Of a DNA stretch of 21,061 nt, positions 8,669 through 16,371 are shown piece by piece. A program made the translations under genes and the position numbers. Numbering within the stretch: position 1 is the stretch's first letter; the number at the start of each line of letters is the position of its first letter. Where the stretch lies: positions 4,475 to 25,535 of the forward strand of contig JBDGTY010000004.1 in NCBI GenBank assembly GCA_042216335.1, in the 5' to 3' direction. This stretch comes from Candidatus Nanohalobium sp. (GTDB taxonomy: Archaea > Nanohalarchaeota > Nanosalinia > Nanosalinales > Nanosalinaceae). The notes beneath the pieces were generated by a model, which was given only the letters and a program-made list of their open reading frames with translations, was not told the origin of the DNA and made no database searches.

Positions 8669-8854
8669 TCACGATGCGAAGGCCCAGACCTCCTTCCGGT
8701 GCTCGTACAGTTTCCAGATCACGAAGTAAGTAACTGTTATAGCGAACGAGGTGTTGATGGCGGAGTAGTCGAAGTATTTCTGGGCGAGTATCGGGGTCAG
8801 GAGCCAGAATAGGAGTACCGTTGAGGCGAGAAGGATTTCAGTGTGTCGGTTCAT
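8669..8854 (-). CDS. Small 2-TM membrane protein (61 aa)
   Basis: ATG at 8854 overlaps the TGA of the MNT gene (ATGA). Sequence MNRHTEILLASTVLLFWLLTPILAQ...FAITVTYFVIWKL. Confidence 0.55.
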   Translation of the reverse strand: MNRHTEILLASTVLLFWLLTPILAQKYFDYSAINTSFAITVTYFVIWKLYEHRKEVWAFAS

Positions 8855-9213
8855 GCGTTTATCCAGTTCTTTGATTGGTCGTTCCACAGCTTCCTGAACC
8901 TGAAGAGGTATTCCTGTAGCCTTGAGTAGTCTCTGGTCCAGACGATCTCATGGTTCTGTATAACACTGTTTTTCAGCCGGAGAGTAAGTTCCTCGAACAC
9001 TTTCACATCGTAACCTTTCTTCTCTACATCGACTTCGGGATATACCTCGGACAGGATATCCCATGGTTCCGCATCCGGCACCACGATGCATATATCGGTG
9101 TCGCTCCGCTCATGGCTCTCCCCCTTCACCTGTGAACCGAATACAAGCACTGCAAGGACTTCATCGACCTCCTTCAGGAATTCGAAGTCTTCCTCTATCT
9201 GCTCTCTATCCAT
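8851..9213 (-). CDS. mntA: Minimal nucleotidyltransferase (MNT) antitoxin
   Basis: VLVFGSQVKGESHERSDTDICIV fits GS-x10-DxD. 120 aa, overlapping the HEPN gene. Confidence 0.88.
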   Translation of the reverse strand: MDREQIEEDFEFLKEVDEVLAVLVFGSQVKGESHERSDTDICIVVPDAEPWDILSEVYPEVDVEKKGYDVKVFEELTLRLKNSVIQNHEIVWTRDYSRLQEYLFRFRKLWNDQSKNWINA

Positions 9214-9620
9214 GACTTCACCTCTTCCCGGAACTTCTCCACAGAGGGTTTCGTCTGCTGAATGCCACTGTAGGCAGTAGAGTGGTCTATCTCGTCGTAC
9301 TCGTGGACCAGTCTGTTCCTCAAGCCGTTCAGGTTCTTCAGCTCTGCAAGTATCTCTTCAGGGAAAAGCTCTCCGGAACACTCCTCCAGGTTCTCGTAGT
9401 TATCGCCGACCAGTTCCTCTTTATCCGACAGGTACATGGCGCACAGATCGGTGACCGCCTCGGAAACCTCCTGCACCGCCTTGTAAACAGAGAGACGTAG
9501 CTGGAGATCACGGGAGAACTCCTCCTCATCAACACCTTCAAGCCACTGCTCAACGCTGGAGAGACGACCATCAATCCTCTTCAGTTTGGCCCTGTACCTG
9601 TCAACCCTCTCCTCTTCCAT
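9195..9620 (-). CDS. hepT: HEPN (DUF86/HepT-like) ribonuclease toxin
   Basis: GLRNRLVHEYDEID gives an intact R-x4-H-x-Y motif. 141 aa, helical. Confidence 0.9.
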   Translation of the reverse strand: MEEERVDRYRAKLKRIDGRLSSVEQWLEGVDEEEFSRDLQLRLSVYKAVQEVSEAVTDLCAMYLSDKEELVGDNYENLEECSGELFPEEILAELKNLNGLRNRLVHEYDEIDHSTAYSGIQQTKPSVEKFREEVKSWIESR

Positions 9621-9654
9621 ACCTATGGATTGGTCTTCAGTCTTAAAGAACTAA

Positions 9655-10446
9655 TCAAAGACTCTCCAGAAACTCCGCGACCTCGGCCAGCTCCTTGATG
9701 CCCAGATTGATCACACGTTCCTCGGAGTGCGGAAGCTCGTCACGGATCTCCTTGGCCTCATCCTTCTCGAAGTCGAGCATGTGACGGGCGTCGACGAACG
9801 CGTTACGCAGCTTCTTCCTCTTATGAGTAAACAAAGCCTTCACAAGCTGGAAAAATTCCTCTTCATCCTCCACAGGATGACGGTCCTTGTTCGGATACAG
9901 CTTGATTATCGCGGCGTCAACCTCCGGCTCCGGGTGAAAGCTTCGGGAGGAAAGAGTTCGAAGCTTGACAGGAACGAAGTAGTACTGCGCCCTCACAGTC
10001 GAGATACCGTAGTTTTTGTCACCAGGCTCTGCAACTACCTTATCCGCCAGTTCATCCTGGACGATCAGAGCAGACTGGACCTGTGCCTCCCCCAGTTTCT
10101 CGATTATATCCGATGAAATCTGGAACGGGATGTTGGAGACGACTCTTTCAACCTCAAGTTCGTCGATATCCACCTCGAGGAAATCCTGCTTCAGAACCTC
10201 AGCTTCCGGAAATTCCTTTCCAACATAGTTTGCCAGGTTCCTGTTTTTTTCCACCAGAACCAGTTCATCGGTTTTCACGGCCAGTTTCTCGGTGATCTTC
10301 CCGAGGCCGGGGCCGATCTCCAGCGTCTTTTCGCCGTCGATCTCTGCTGCTTCAACGAGTGCTGCAGCGGCTGCTTCAGAATTCAAGAAATTCTGGCCCT
10401 TTCCCGGGTTTACTCCGATCTCCCGGAGCTGGTCCTCTATCTCCAT
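9655..10446 (-). CDS. rsmA: 16S rRNA adenine dimethyltransferase KsgA/Dim1
   Basis: GQNFL, LEIGPGLG, VVSNIPFQISS, FHPEPEVDAA and FTHKRKKLRNA motifs, in conserved synteny with DUF655. Confidence 0.96.
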   Translation of the reverse strand: MEIEDQLREIGVNPGKGQNFLNSEAAAAALVEAAEIDGEKTLEIGPGLGKITEKLAVKTDELVLVEKNRNLANYVGKEFPEAEVLKQDFLEVDIDELEVERVVSNIPFQISSDIIEKLGEAQVQSALIVQDELADKVVAEPGDKNYGISTVRAQYYFVPVKLRTLSSRSFHPEPEVDAAIIKLYPNKDRHPVEDEEEFFQLVKALFTHKRKKLRNAFVDARHMLDFEKDEAKEIRDELPHSEERVINLGIKELAEVAEFLESL

Positions 10447-10455
10447 AGAAATTAT

Positions 10456-10992
10456 CTAGGATGTGAATAGTTTGTGTTTGGTTTCTCCCTTCATCTCCTG
10501 TACGATGCGCTCCCGAATCGCCTCCTTCGGCTCCGGGACTGAAGGAACTCTTTCCTTGACGTCTTCCAGACTCTCGAAGTCGCCGGTCTCTCTTTCATCG
10601 ATCAGTTTCTGCATGTGCTTGTTTCCGATTCCTGGCAGCAGTTCGAATGCGTGTCTTCTTGGTGTGACTGGTGTGGCGTTGTTGAAGAATTCGACGAATT
10701 CGTCCTCGTTTTCGCTGATAAGGGCGTCGAGCACGTATTTGATCTCGCTCTGTGCTGAGCCTGTTAGGTCGTCGTAGCTGATCCTCTGTTTTATGAACTC
10801 GACCTTTTCCCTGTCTCCGTCGCCGATGTAGACTTCCTCTCCTCCTTTCGGCCTTACCTCTTCACGCATCACGACCTCCAGAAGTGTATAGTTTTCTGTT
10901 CCGATCACCTGTGCGACTCTCTCGTCCCTGTCGTCGCTCTTCCCGTGCTCAAGGAAGTCAAGTACCTTCGCGTATTCGTCTTTGTCAGCCAT
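10456..10992 (-). CDS. DUF655 putative RNA-binding protein (HhH)
   Basis: VLDFL, AQVIGTENYTLLEV, FVEFFNNA and HAFELLPGIG motifs. SD GAGGTGA upstream. Classic position between rpoF and ksgA. Confidence 0.93.
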   Translation of the reverse strand: MADKDEYAKVLDFLEHGKSDDRDERVAQVIGTENYTLLEVVMREEVRPKGGEEVYIGDGDREKVEFIKQRISYDDLTGSAQSEIKYVLDALISENEDEFVEFFNNATPVTPRRHAFELLPGIGNKHMQKLIDERETGDFESLEDVKERVPSVPEPKEAIRERIVQEMKGETKHKLFTS

Positions 10993-11073
10993 TTTTGTTG
11001 TTCACCTCGATTTTCCGAGAGACAGATGCCTCTCGATGAAATTAATAAGGAATCTAGAAGTTAAAAACCTTCC

Positions 11074-11412
11074 TTACTTGTCCTCGGTCTCGATACTCTG
11101 GCAGATCTCAAGGATCTCCTCTACCTCTCCATCATCCAGCTTGACTCTCTCCTTCTCGAAGACGGATCGAACGGTCGACTCAAACTCCGGGACAACTTCA
11201 AGCAGCTTGTAGATATGTTTGTCCTTCAGGGAGTCGATCTCGGAAAGCTCTTCGTAGAGTTCCTCCAGAGTGTCCAGGTCTCTTACTTTGCAGTGTCGTG
11301 TCAGGTTCTCGAGTGCGATTTTCTGCTCGTGAGTCAGGTTTTCCTCTTCCCGGTCTTCCAGAAGCTGGAGTGCTTCAGCAGGATAAGCCAGTTCTTCATC
11401 CTTTACTTCCAT
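11074..11412 (-). CDS. rpoF: DNA-directed RNA polymerase subunit F (Rpo4)
   Basis: 112 aa with the LTHEQKIALE...KLLEVVP...VRSVF...EILEI pattern, in rpl21e-rpoF-DUF655 synteny. Confidence 0.9.
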   Translation of the reverse strand: MEVKDEELAYPAEALQLLEDREEENLTHEQKIALENLTRHCKVRDLDTLEELYEELSEIDSLKDKHIYKLLEVVPEFESTVRSVFEKERVKLDDGEVEEILEICQSIETEDK

Positions 11413-11414
11413 TA

Positions 11415-11462
11415 GAAAACCACCTCGTGGTTTTCGGCCTGTCCAGAAAATCTATGATTTTC
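11415..11462 (-). promoter_or_regulatory. Double-hairpin leader of rpoF with the SD inside the second hairpin
   Basis: mRNA sense: GAAAATC-ATA-GATTTTC, 10 nt, GAAAACCAC-GAG-GTGGTTTTC, TA, ATG. Confidence 0.6.
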
Positions 11463-11473
11463 GTACATAAAAA

Positions 11474-11761
11474 TCACTCGTTTCTCTTCAGGTGAACTGG
11501 CGGGATATAAAGAGTTTTCTCGACGTTACCGTCATCAAACTTGACCTCGTAGCTGTCGCCCTGCATCCCCGTAACTTCGACAGTCTTGCCGTGGAAACGT
11601 ACGTGAGGCCGTCCCTCCTGGACGCTTGGATCGATCTTGATTAGAACTTTTTCCCCTTCTTCAAACTCCTTCAAGTATTCGTTTACCGTCGTCTTGTCAC
11701 GCGGACCGGAAGAAAGCTTGTCACGTGCTCCCTGCTGCGGACCCTGACTCTTCTGTGCCAT
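11474..11761 (-). CDS. rpl21e: 50S ribosomal protein L21e
   Basis: FEEGEKVLIKIDPSVQEGRPHVRFHGKT...PVHLK is the L21e signature. Confidence 0.97.
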   Translation of the reverse strand: MAQKSQGPQQGARDKLSSGPRDKTTVNEYLKEFEEGEKVLIKIDPSVQEGRPHVRFHGKTVEVTGMQGDSYEVKFDDGNVEKTLYIPPVHLKRNE

Positions 11762-11763
11762 TC

Positions 11764-11812
11764 AAAAATCGCCTCCGCGATTTTTTGCATGTGCTGAAAT
11801 TCCTTGAATTTC
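11764..11812 (-). promoter_or_regulatory. Double-hairpin leader of rpl21e with the SD inside the second hairpin
   Basis: mRNA sense: GAAATTC-AAG-GAATTTC, 10 nt, AAAAATCGC-GGAG-GCGATTTTT, GA, ATG. Confidence 0.6.
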
Positions 11813-11854
11813 GCTCATTTTAGATTACCTCTTAACCTTGAATCCACATGGAAA

Positions 11855-11864
11855 CTTTAAAAAC
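11855..11864 (-). promoter_or_regulatory. Probable TATA box of the rpl21e-rpoF transcript
   Basis: Minus strand GTTTTTAAAG directly after the PHP stop, about 95 nt upstream of the rpl21e ATG. Confidence 0.5.
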
Positions 11865-11871
11865 GGGAAGG

Positions 11872-12744
11872 CTAGACCGCTGCATCCGCCCTCTCCTTAA
11901 GCCGTTCAACATGTGAATACGGCAGTTCAACCGAACCTATCAGATACTTGTCACTTCCAGAGCCATGGCAGTCGCTGCCACCTGTCCAGATCAAATCGTA
12001 TTCTTCGGCCAGCTCACGGCATTTCTCCTCCGCAAAGCTTATCCCAAAGTTGTTCGCCTTCTTGTGCTCCCAGCTATACATAACCTCTATCCCTTTCAAT
12101 CCATACCCGACAAGCTCTTCCACGATATCCTCAGCTTCTGATTCCTCAAGGTCTCTCCCAGGATGAGCCAGTACGGGAACCCCACCATCTTCCAGGACAG
12201 TTTCAATCACTTCTTCCGCATCCTGCTTCGGAGTCGGGATGTATGCAGGACAGTCCTCACCGATATATTCATCAAACGCTTCCTGCTGTGTATCCACCGC
12301 CCCTGCCTTCTCCAGAGCATCCGCGACGTGGGGCCTTCCAGGATTGCCTTCAACTTGATCGAAAACTTCTTCTTCAGTCAAGTCATAGTCCAGGACTTCG
12401 TTCAGGTTTCCAATCATATCCTTAATTCGTTGTTCTCGGAGCTGAGAGTTCTTTTCCAGAAGTGAGTTTATCTCATCCGAGTTCGGATCAAGGAAATAAG
12501 AGAGAATCTCGATTCCGGAACCCTGAACCTCACATTTTATCTCGGCGCCGGTGATGACCTCTACACCGGCTTCATCATCCACGTAAACCCTCTCATCCAG
12601 TCCAGGATTGATGGTATCGTGATCTGTCAACGCGATGGCATCAAGGCCTTTCTCGGCGGCATCCTCGATTCTCTCCTGGACAGAATCAGTGCCATCGCTG
12701 GCCGAAGTATGCATATGTAGGTCGGTAACTTTGGAATCTTTCAC
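11872..12744 (-). CDS. PHP-domain phosphoesterase (YciV/TrpH/RNase AM-like)
   Basis: DLHMHTSASDG, IALTDHD, GAEI, GRPHVA, VLAHP and GGSDCHG motifs. GTG at 12744 is the likely start because the ORF-track start at 12843 overlaps the HEPN gene. Confidence 0.9.
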   Translation of the reverse strand: MKDSKVTDLHMHTSASDGTDSVQERIEDAAEKGLDAIALTDHDTINPGLDERVYVDDEAGVEVITGAEIKCEVQGSGIEILSYFLDPNSDEINSLLEKNSQLREQRIKDMIGNLNEVLDYDLTEEEVFDQVEGNPGRPHVADALEKAGAVDTQQEAFDEYIGEDCPAYIPTPKQDAEEVIETVLEDGGVPVLAHPGRDLEESEAEDIVEELVGYGLKGIEVMYSWEHKKANNFGISFAEEKCRELAEEYDLIWTGGSDCHGSGSDKYLIGSVELPYSHVERLKERADAAV

Positions 12745-12781
12745 GATACATACTGGAAGTGAGAGAGTTAAGAAAACCTGA

Positions 12782-13207
12782 TCACTTCTTGATGTACTCC
12801 CGGACTTCTCTGCGGAAAACTTCGAAGTCTCCCAGACCTTCAACTATATTCCTGTATGCTACCTCGTCATCTATAGAGCCGTACCTGCGCGCCAGTGCAT
12901 TCCTGAAACCCTTCATATCCTTCAAACTTTCAGAAAGTTCAGAAGATATTATATCGTCTTCAGCCAGCAGATCCGGAAAACCGGATTCATCCTCAGGAAC
13001 ACCAAGGCTTTCTGCTTTTACTATCATCGCACAGATATCATACGCTGCCTGTATCGCAGTCTTAACGTTCTTGTAGACGCCGTCCTTCTCAATGTCCAAC
13101 TGCTGAAACTCTTCAAACGTATCCGGCAGGTTCTCATCAACCCTATCCAGAGAAGAATCGATTAGATTCAGTTTCTCTCTTATCCTGTCCTCGGTCTGTT
13201 GTTCCAT
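12782..13207 (-). CDS. hepT: HEPN (DUF86) protein with a degenerate active site
   Basis: DUF86 pattern (IQAAYDIC, L.E..II) with motif GFRNALARRYGSID, where Arg replaces the expected His. Confidence 0.85.
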   Translation of the reverse strand: MEQQTEDRIREKLNLIDSSLDRVDENLPDTFEEFQQLDIEKDGVYKNVKTAIQAAYDICAMIVKAESLGVPEDESGFPDLLAEDDIISSELSESLKDMKGFRNALARRYGSIDDEVAYRNIVEGLGDFEVFRREVREYIKK

Positions 13208-13209
13208 TA

Positions 13210-13578
13210 TTAGCCTCCTATCGCTGTCCGGTAGAGCGGTTCAAAGCTTTCGAAGTCCCGAAAGGTTTCAAACGCCTCATCGTAGGCCAAGTCGTCTCTG
13301 CTATACAATAATTCTCCGCTGAAAACCTGCTTCCTGACATGTAGCGGCAAAGCCTCAAAAACAGAGACGTCTATTTCCTCAGGGACTCTGCCATCCAGTT
13401 CCATCTCAAGCTGCTGCGGATTGTCCACATCGGCCGAAATACAGATATCAATGTCGCGTGCAGTCTCCGGACTGTCAACATAAGATCCAAAGAGATAGAC
13501 AAAGCCGATATCCTCTCTGTCAAGACCGACCTCATCGGCTGCATCGAAGACTTCCTCCAGGATTTTCTCTCTTTCCAT
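13210..13578 (-). CDS. mntA: Minimal nucleotidyltransferase (MNT) antitoxin
   Basis: FVYLFGSYVDSPETARDIDICI, DVSVFEALPL and GELLY motifs. Ends 2 nt before the HEPN start. Confidence 0.88.
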   Translation of the reverse strand: MEREKILEEVFDAADEVGLDREDIGFVYLFGSYVDSPETARDIDICISADVDNPQQLEMELDGRVPEEIDVSVFEALPLHVRKQVFSGELLYSRDDLAYDEAFETFRDFESFEPLYRTAIGG

Positions 13579-13611
13579 ATCAAAGCATGAGTTCTGAGAG
13601 ATAAAAAACCT

Positions 13612-16335
13612 CTACTTCTCGATCCAGATAACATCCAGCTGGACGCACTCACACGTAGTTCCCACAAGCTCCGAGATGTTCGGCTGGGTCCTACCCTCGT
13701 CGCCGTGAATCAACTCCTTGATGTAGGTCCCGGCTTCCGCTTTAACTTCCAGCTCGAACTCTTTCTCTCCGGTCTTCTCCCAGTCCACTTCCAGGACCTC
13801 CCTCTCCCTGGTCTTCTCAGCTCTCCTGTGTTCAACTCTCTCCGGAGTCTCCTGTTCTATCTCACCGACAACCTCGGAGATGTTCTCCAGGTCTTCCTCG
13901 GTTATCTCGTCCTCTGTCTCGACTACTGCCCTGTACTCCTTATCTGAGTGTTTTTGTTTAATTTCAGGAGCTTTGTCTTTGTGAGTATATTGAATGTTGA
14001 AAATTTCTACTTTATCCGTAGACTCGTTGACCTCTTCTTTGAGCTCTTCCAAGTTAAGGTTTCTGTTTAACGGCTCAATCAGTTCTAGTACAAACTCTCT
14101 TTTACCAAAGCATTTAGCATCCACATCTTCTCGGCCAGAATTATGTGTCAAGAAACCATTTGCTGTAAATGTGTGAGGTTTCGAAACCTCTAGGCTAGTC
14201 AATTTATCTATTTCGGTTTTCTGGATTGATTCTATCCTATCCCAGTAGTAGCCATCGTCGTTCCAGTTTTCTTCATACCATTCATTGAATGTTGGGAAGC
14301 TATTCTTAGCCTTCATGTTTTCAAGCGGATTTAAATCTCGGTTGAGCCAAGTCCAAAGGTTAGACTTTGTAACCCAGTCTGAAACTTTTTCATGGATCTT
14401 CGATAGTTTCATTCCCTTGTCATCTAACTCTACTGCTGTTCTATATGCTTCTTTCCTATTCTCTATTTCTCTTCTTTTAGTCTTAAGATAGGCTAAGAAT
14501 GCTAAACTTCTCTCCTTCTTTTCTTTATGTACTTCGAATCCGACATTTTCTAGGAAGTCTATCATGTTCTGGTAGTTATTTTTTATATCAAAGGCGATTT
14601 TGTACGATAGACAGCCATCATCTCTTTGGGTATACTTATTCGTTCTAATCTTACCTGTCTCAACATCAAATTCTTCTAGAATTTCTTTCAATTGTAGTGC
14701 GTACTTTTCTGCAGAATCCTTTTGAGATTCTATTTTATTTAAGGAGAACTTGATTGAGGTCATACTTTTCCGGTTATATTCTCTATTGTCTATCCTAGGT
14801 GTCTCAGCCTCACAACCTAGTAGAGCCGAAACAAAGTTCATCTTCACGCATTTACTTCCCTCCATTATCCAGTTAGGGACCTCAAATTCTTTCTTTGTTT
14901 TTTCTCCTACAGGCACACCTAACGCAACCAGTAGCGTCCAAAGAGACTTAGAATACACCGCAACTTCATTACAATCTCCTGAAATAAGTTTCTCTTTCCC
15001 CTCTGCAGAAGTTACGGTTGTTTCTGATTTCCTACATCTTTCAAGAGAAGTTTCAAATCCTAGAGATTCTATTTCCTCTGTAATGCCTTTAATCTGTGGT
15101 TTTCCACCATAAAATGCTAAAGTAGTGTCTCTATCGCGAGTAACCATTGCGCTGCCATCCCCTAGAAGAACCCCAATTAGTCTAGAAATAGAACGAATGT
15201 TCTCATGAGAAGATTCCAAGGGTAAAAGGCCTTTACTCGCCAATTCTCTGAAAATCTTATCTCTATTGACGGATTCAAAGTACTCGTCCATGACGCTATG
15301 CAAATCTTCTTTATCGGCAATTCTATTCCCGCTAGATGAGTAGTTCTCTTTTCTTTCTCTTACTAACACCTCGTCGGACTTATCTAACTTGCCCGCTACC
15401 ACAAACCCGTCTCTAGTATTGAATGGGTGACTGGTAGTTGTAACCAAGTTCTTCCCGGTCCAAGTATTTACTTCCACTGTTTTAATATCTTGAGCCATGA
15501 AAGTCAAACTATCTTCAACTTCGACACTGTCTGAACTCTCTGTATCCTCTCTAAATGTTGGAATAGAATTTCCTACCTCTACCTCTGAGGCTGAAACTCT
15601 GCCCAATTTGGAGTCATAAGCGACACAGCCATGGAACTTGGATTCTACCGCTTTGCTTTCTCTGAGGAAAGGCCCTTCGATCTCCTGCTGCACACTTGTC
15701 GGGTACTGGTGGCCTGTCCAGTCACATTCCTCACATCCGCTGCCCCTGCAGTTCCTGCAGTGCCACTCCGTCTGCGGGATCTCACGGCTGTACTTGTTGT
15801 ACTGGCCGTAGATCAAAAGCGAGTTAACCTGAAGCTCCACCCTCTCACGGCCTTCACGCATATCAACTACTGCCATGATATCGGCCCGATCGAAGTCGAC
15901 CTGAATATCCAGTCGCTCCTCCATCTTCTTTCCGAGAAGCCGGGAGAGCTCGGTCTTGAGAGGTTCTGTCCACTCAACGCCGTACTCCTCCCAGAGCTCT
16001 TCCTCCGCCCTGACAGACTCCTCACGGGGCCGTATGCCGATCAGGAAGGTCTCCAGTTCGTACCTCTCAAACGAGTCTTCCACCATGTCGGCCCAGCGAT
16101 CCAGCTCGTCAAAGACTCCTTCACAGATCTCGCATTCTCCACCGATCTCTGCGTCCTCCGGAACGTTCTCCCGGACAAAATCATCTTCGTCAAGTTCTTC
16201 AGTATTTCTGATTATCTGTCCTCTCTCGAAGTTCTCAAGTCCGTGGCCGAGCTGGGCGAACTGTCTCCCCAGGCAGTGATCACAGAGTTCTTCATTTTCC
16301 AAGAGCTGGTCGGCTTTTTCCTGAATACTGAGCAT
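13612..16335 (-). CDS. pus10: tRNA pseudouridine(54/55) synthase Pus10, intein-containing (about 411-aa mature protein)
   Basis: N-terminal LCDHCLGRQF and CEIC, YGQYNKYSREIPQTEW, FHG|SGREDVDA catalytic motif, QETPERVEHRR, AEAGTYIKELIHGD-GRTQP. Confidence 0.95.
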   Translation of the reverse strand: MLSIQEKADQLLENEELCDHCLGRQFAQLGHGLENFERGQIIRNTEELDEDDFVRENVPEDAEIGGECEICEGVFDELDRWADMVEDSFERYELETFLIGIRPREESVRAEEELWEEYGVEWTEPLKTELSRLLGKKMEERLDIQVDFDRADIMAVVDMREGRERVELQVNSLLIYGQYNKYSREIPQTEWHCRNCRGSGCEECDWTGHQYPTSVQQEIEGPFLRESKAVESKFHGCVAYDSKLGRVSASEVEVGNSIPTFREDTESSDSVEVEDSLTFMAQDIKTVEVNTWTGKNLVTTTSHPFNTRDGFVVAGKLDKSDEVLVRERKENYSSSGNRIADKEDLHSVMDEYFESVNRDKIFRELASKGLLPLESSHENIRSISRLIGVLLGDGSAMVTRDRDTTLAFYGGKPQIKGITEEIESLGFETSLERCRKSETTVTSAEGKEKLISGDCNEVAVYSKSLWTLLVALGVPVGEKTKKEFEVPNWIMEGSKCVKMNFVSALLGCEAETPRIDNREYNRKSMTSIKFSLNKIESQKDSAEKYALQLKEILEEFDVETGKIRTNKYTQRDDGCLSYKIAFDIKNNYQNMIDFLENVGFEVHKEKKERSLAFLAYLKTKRREIENRKEAYRTAVELDDKGMKLSKIHEKVSDWVTKSNLWTWLNRDLNPLENMKAKNSFPTFNEWYEENWNDDGYYWDRIESIQKTEIDKLTSLEVSKPHTFTANGFLTHNSGREDVDAKCFGKREFVLELIEPLNRNLNLEELKEEVNESTDKVEIFNIQYTHKDKAPEIKQKHSDKEYRAVVETEDEITEEDLENISEVVGEIEQETPERVEHRRAEKTREREVLEVDWEKTGEKEFELEVKAEAGTYIKELIHGDEGRTQPNISELVGTTCECVQLDVIWIEK
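14140..15627 (-). mobile_element. Intein (496 aa) with a LAGLIDADG homing endonuclease in pus10
   Basis: Starts Cys1 (CVAYDSK), block B TTSHPF, LAGLIDADG motifs LIGVLLGDGS and FVSALLGCEA, ends HTFTANGFLTHN followed by Ser+1. The DNA is visibly AT-richer than the host gene. Confidence 0.95.
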
Positions 16336-16371
16336 AGGGAAACAATTCGAGGTGAAGTTTTTAAGAGCGAT

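Noticed and set aside
11016-11036. Hairpin CGAGAG...CTCTCG upstream of DUF655 as a third copy of the double-hairpin leader
   Set aside because: It is a single hairpin with different sequence and the SD (GAGGTGA) lies outside it, so it does not match that architecture.
12745-12843. N-terminal extension of the PHP protein in the ORF track
   Set aside because: It overlaps the HEPN gene. The domain begins right after GTG 12744, with a TATA-like box upstream.
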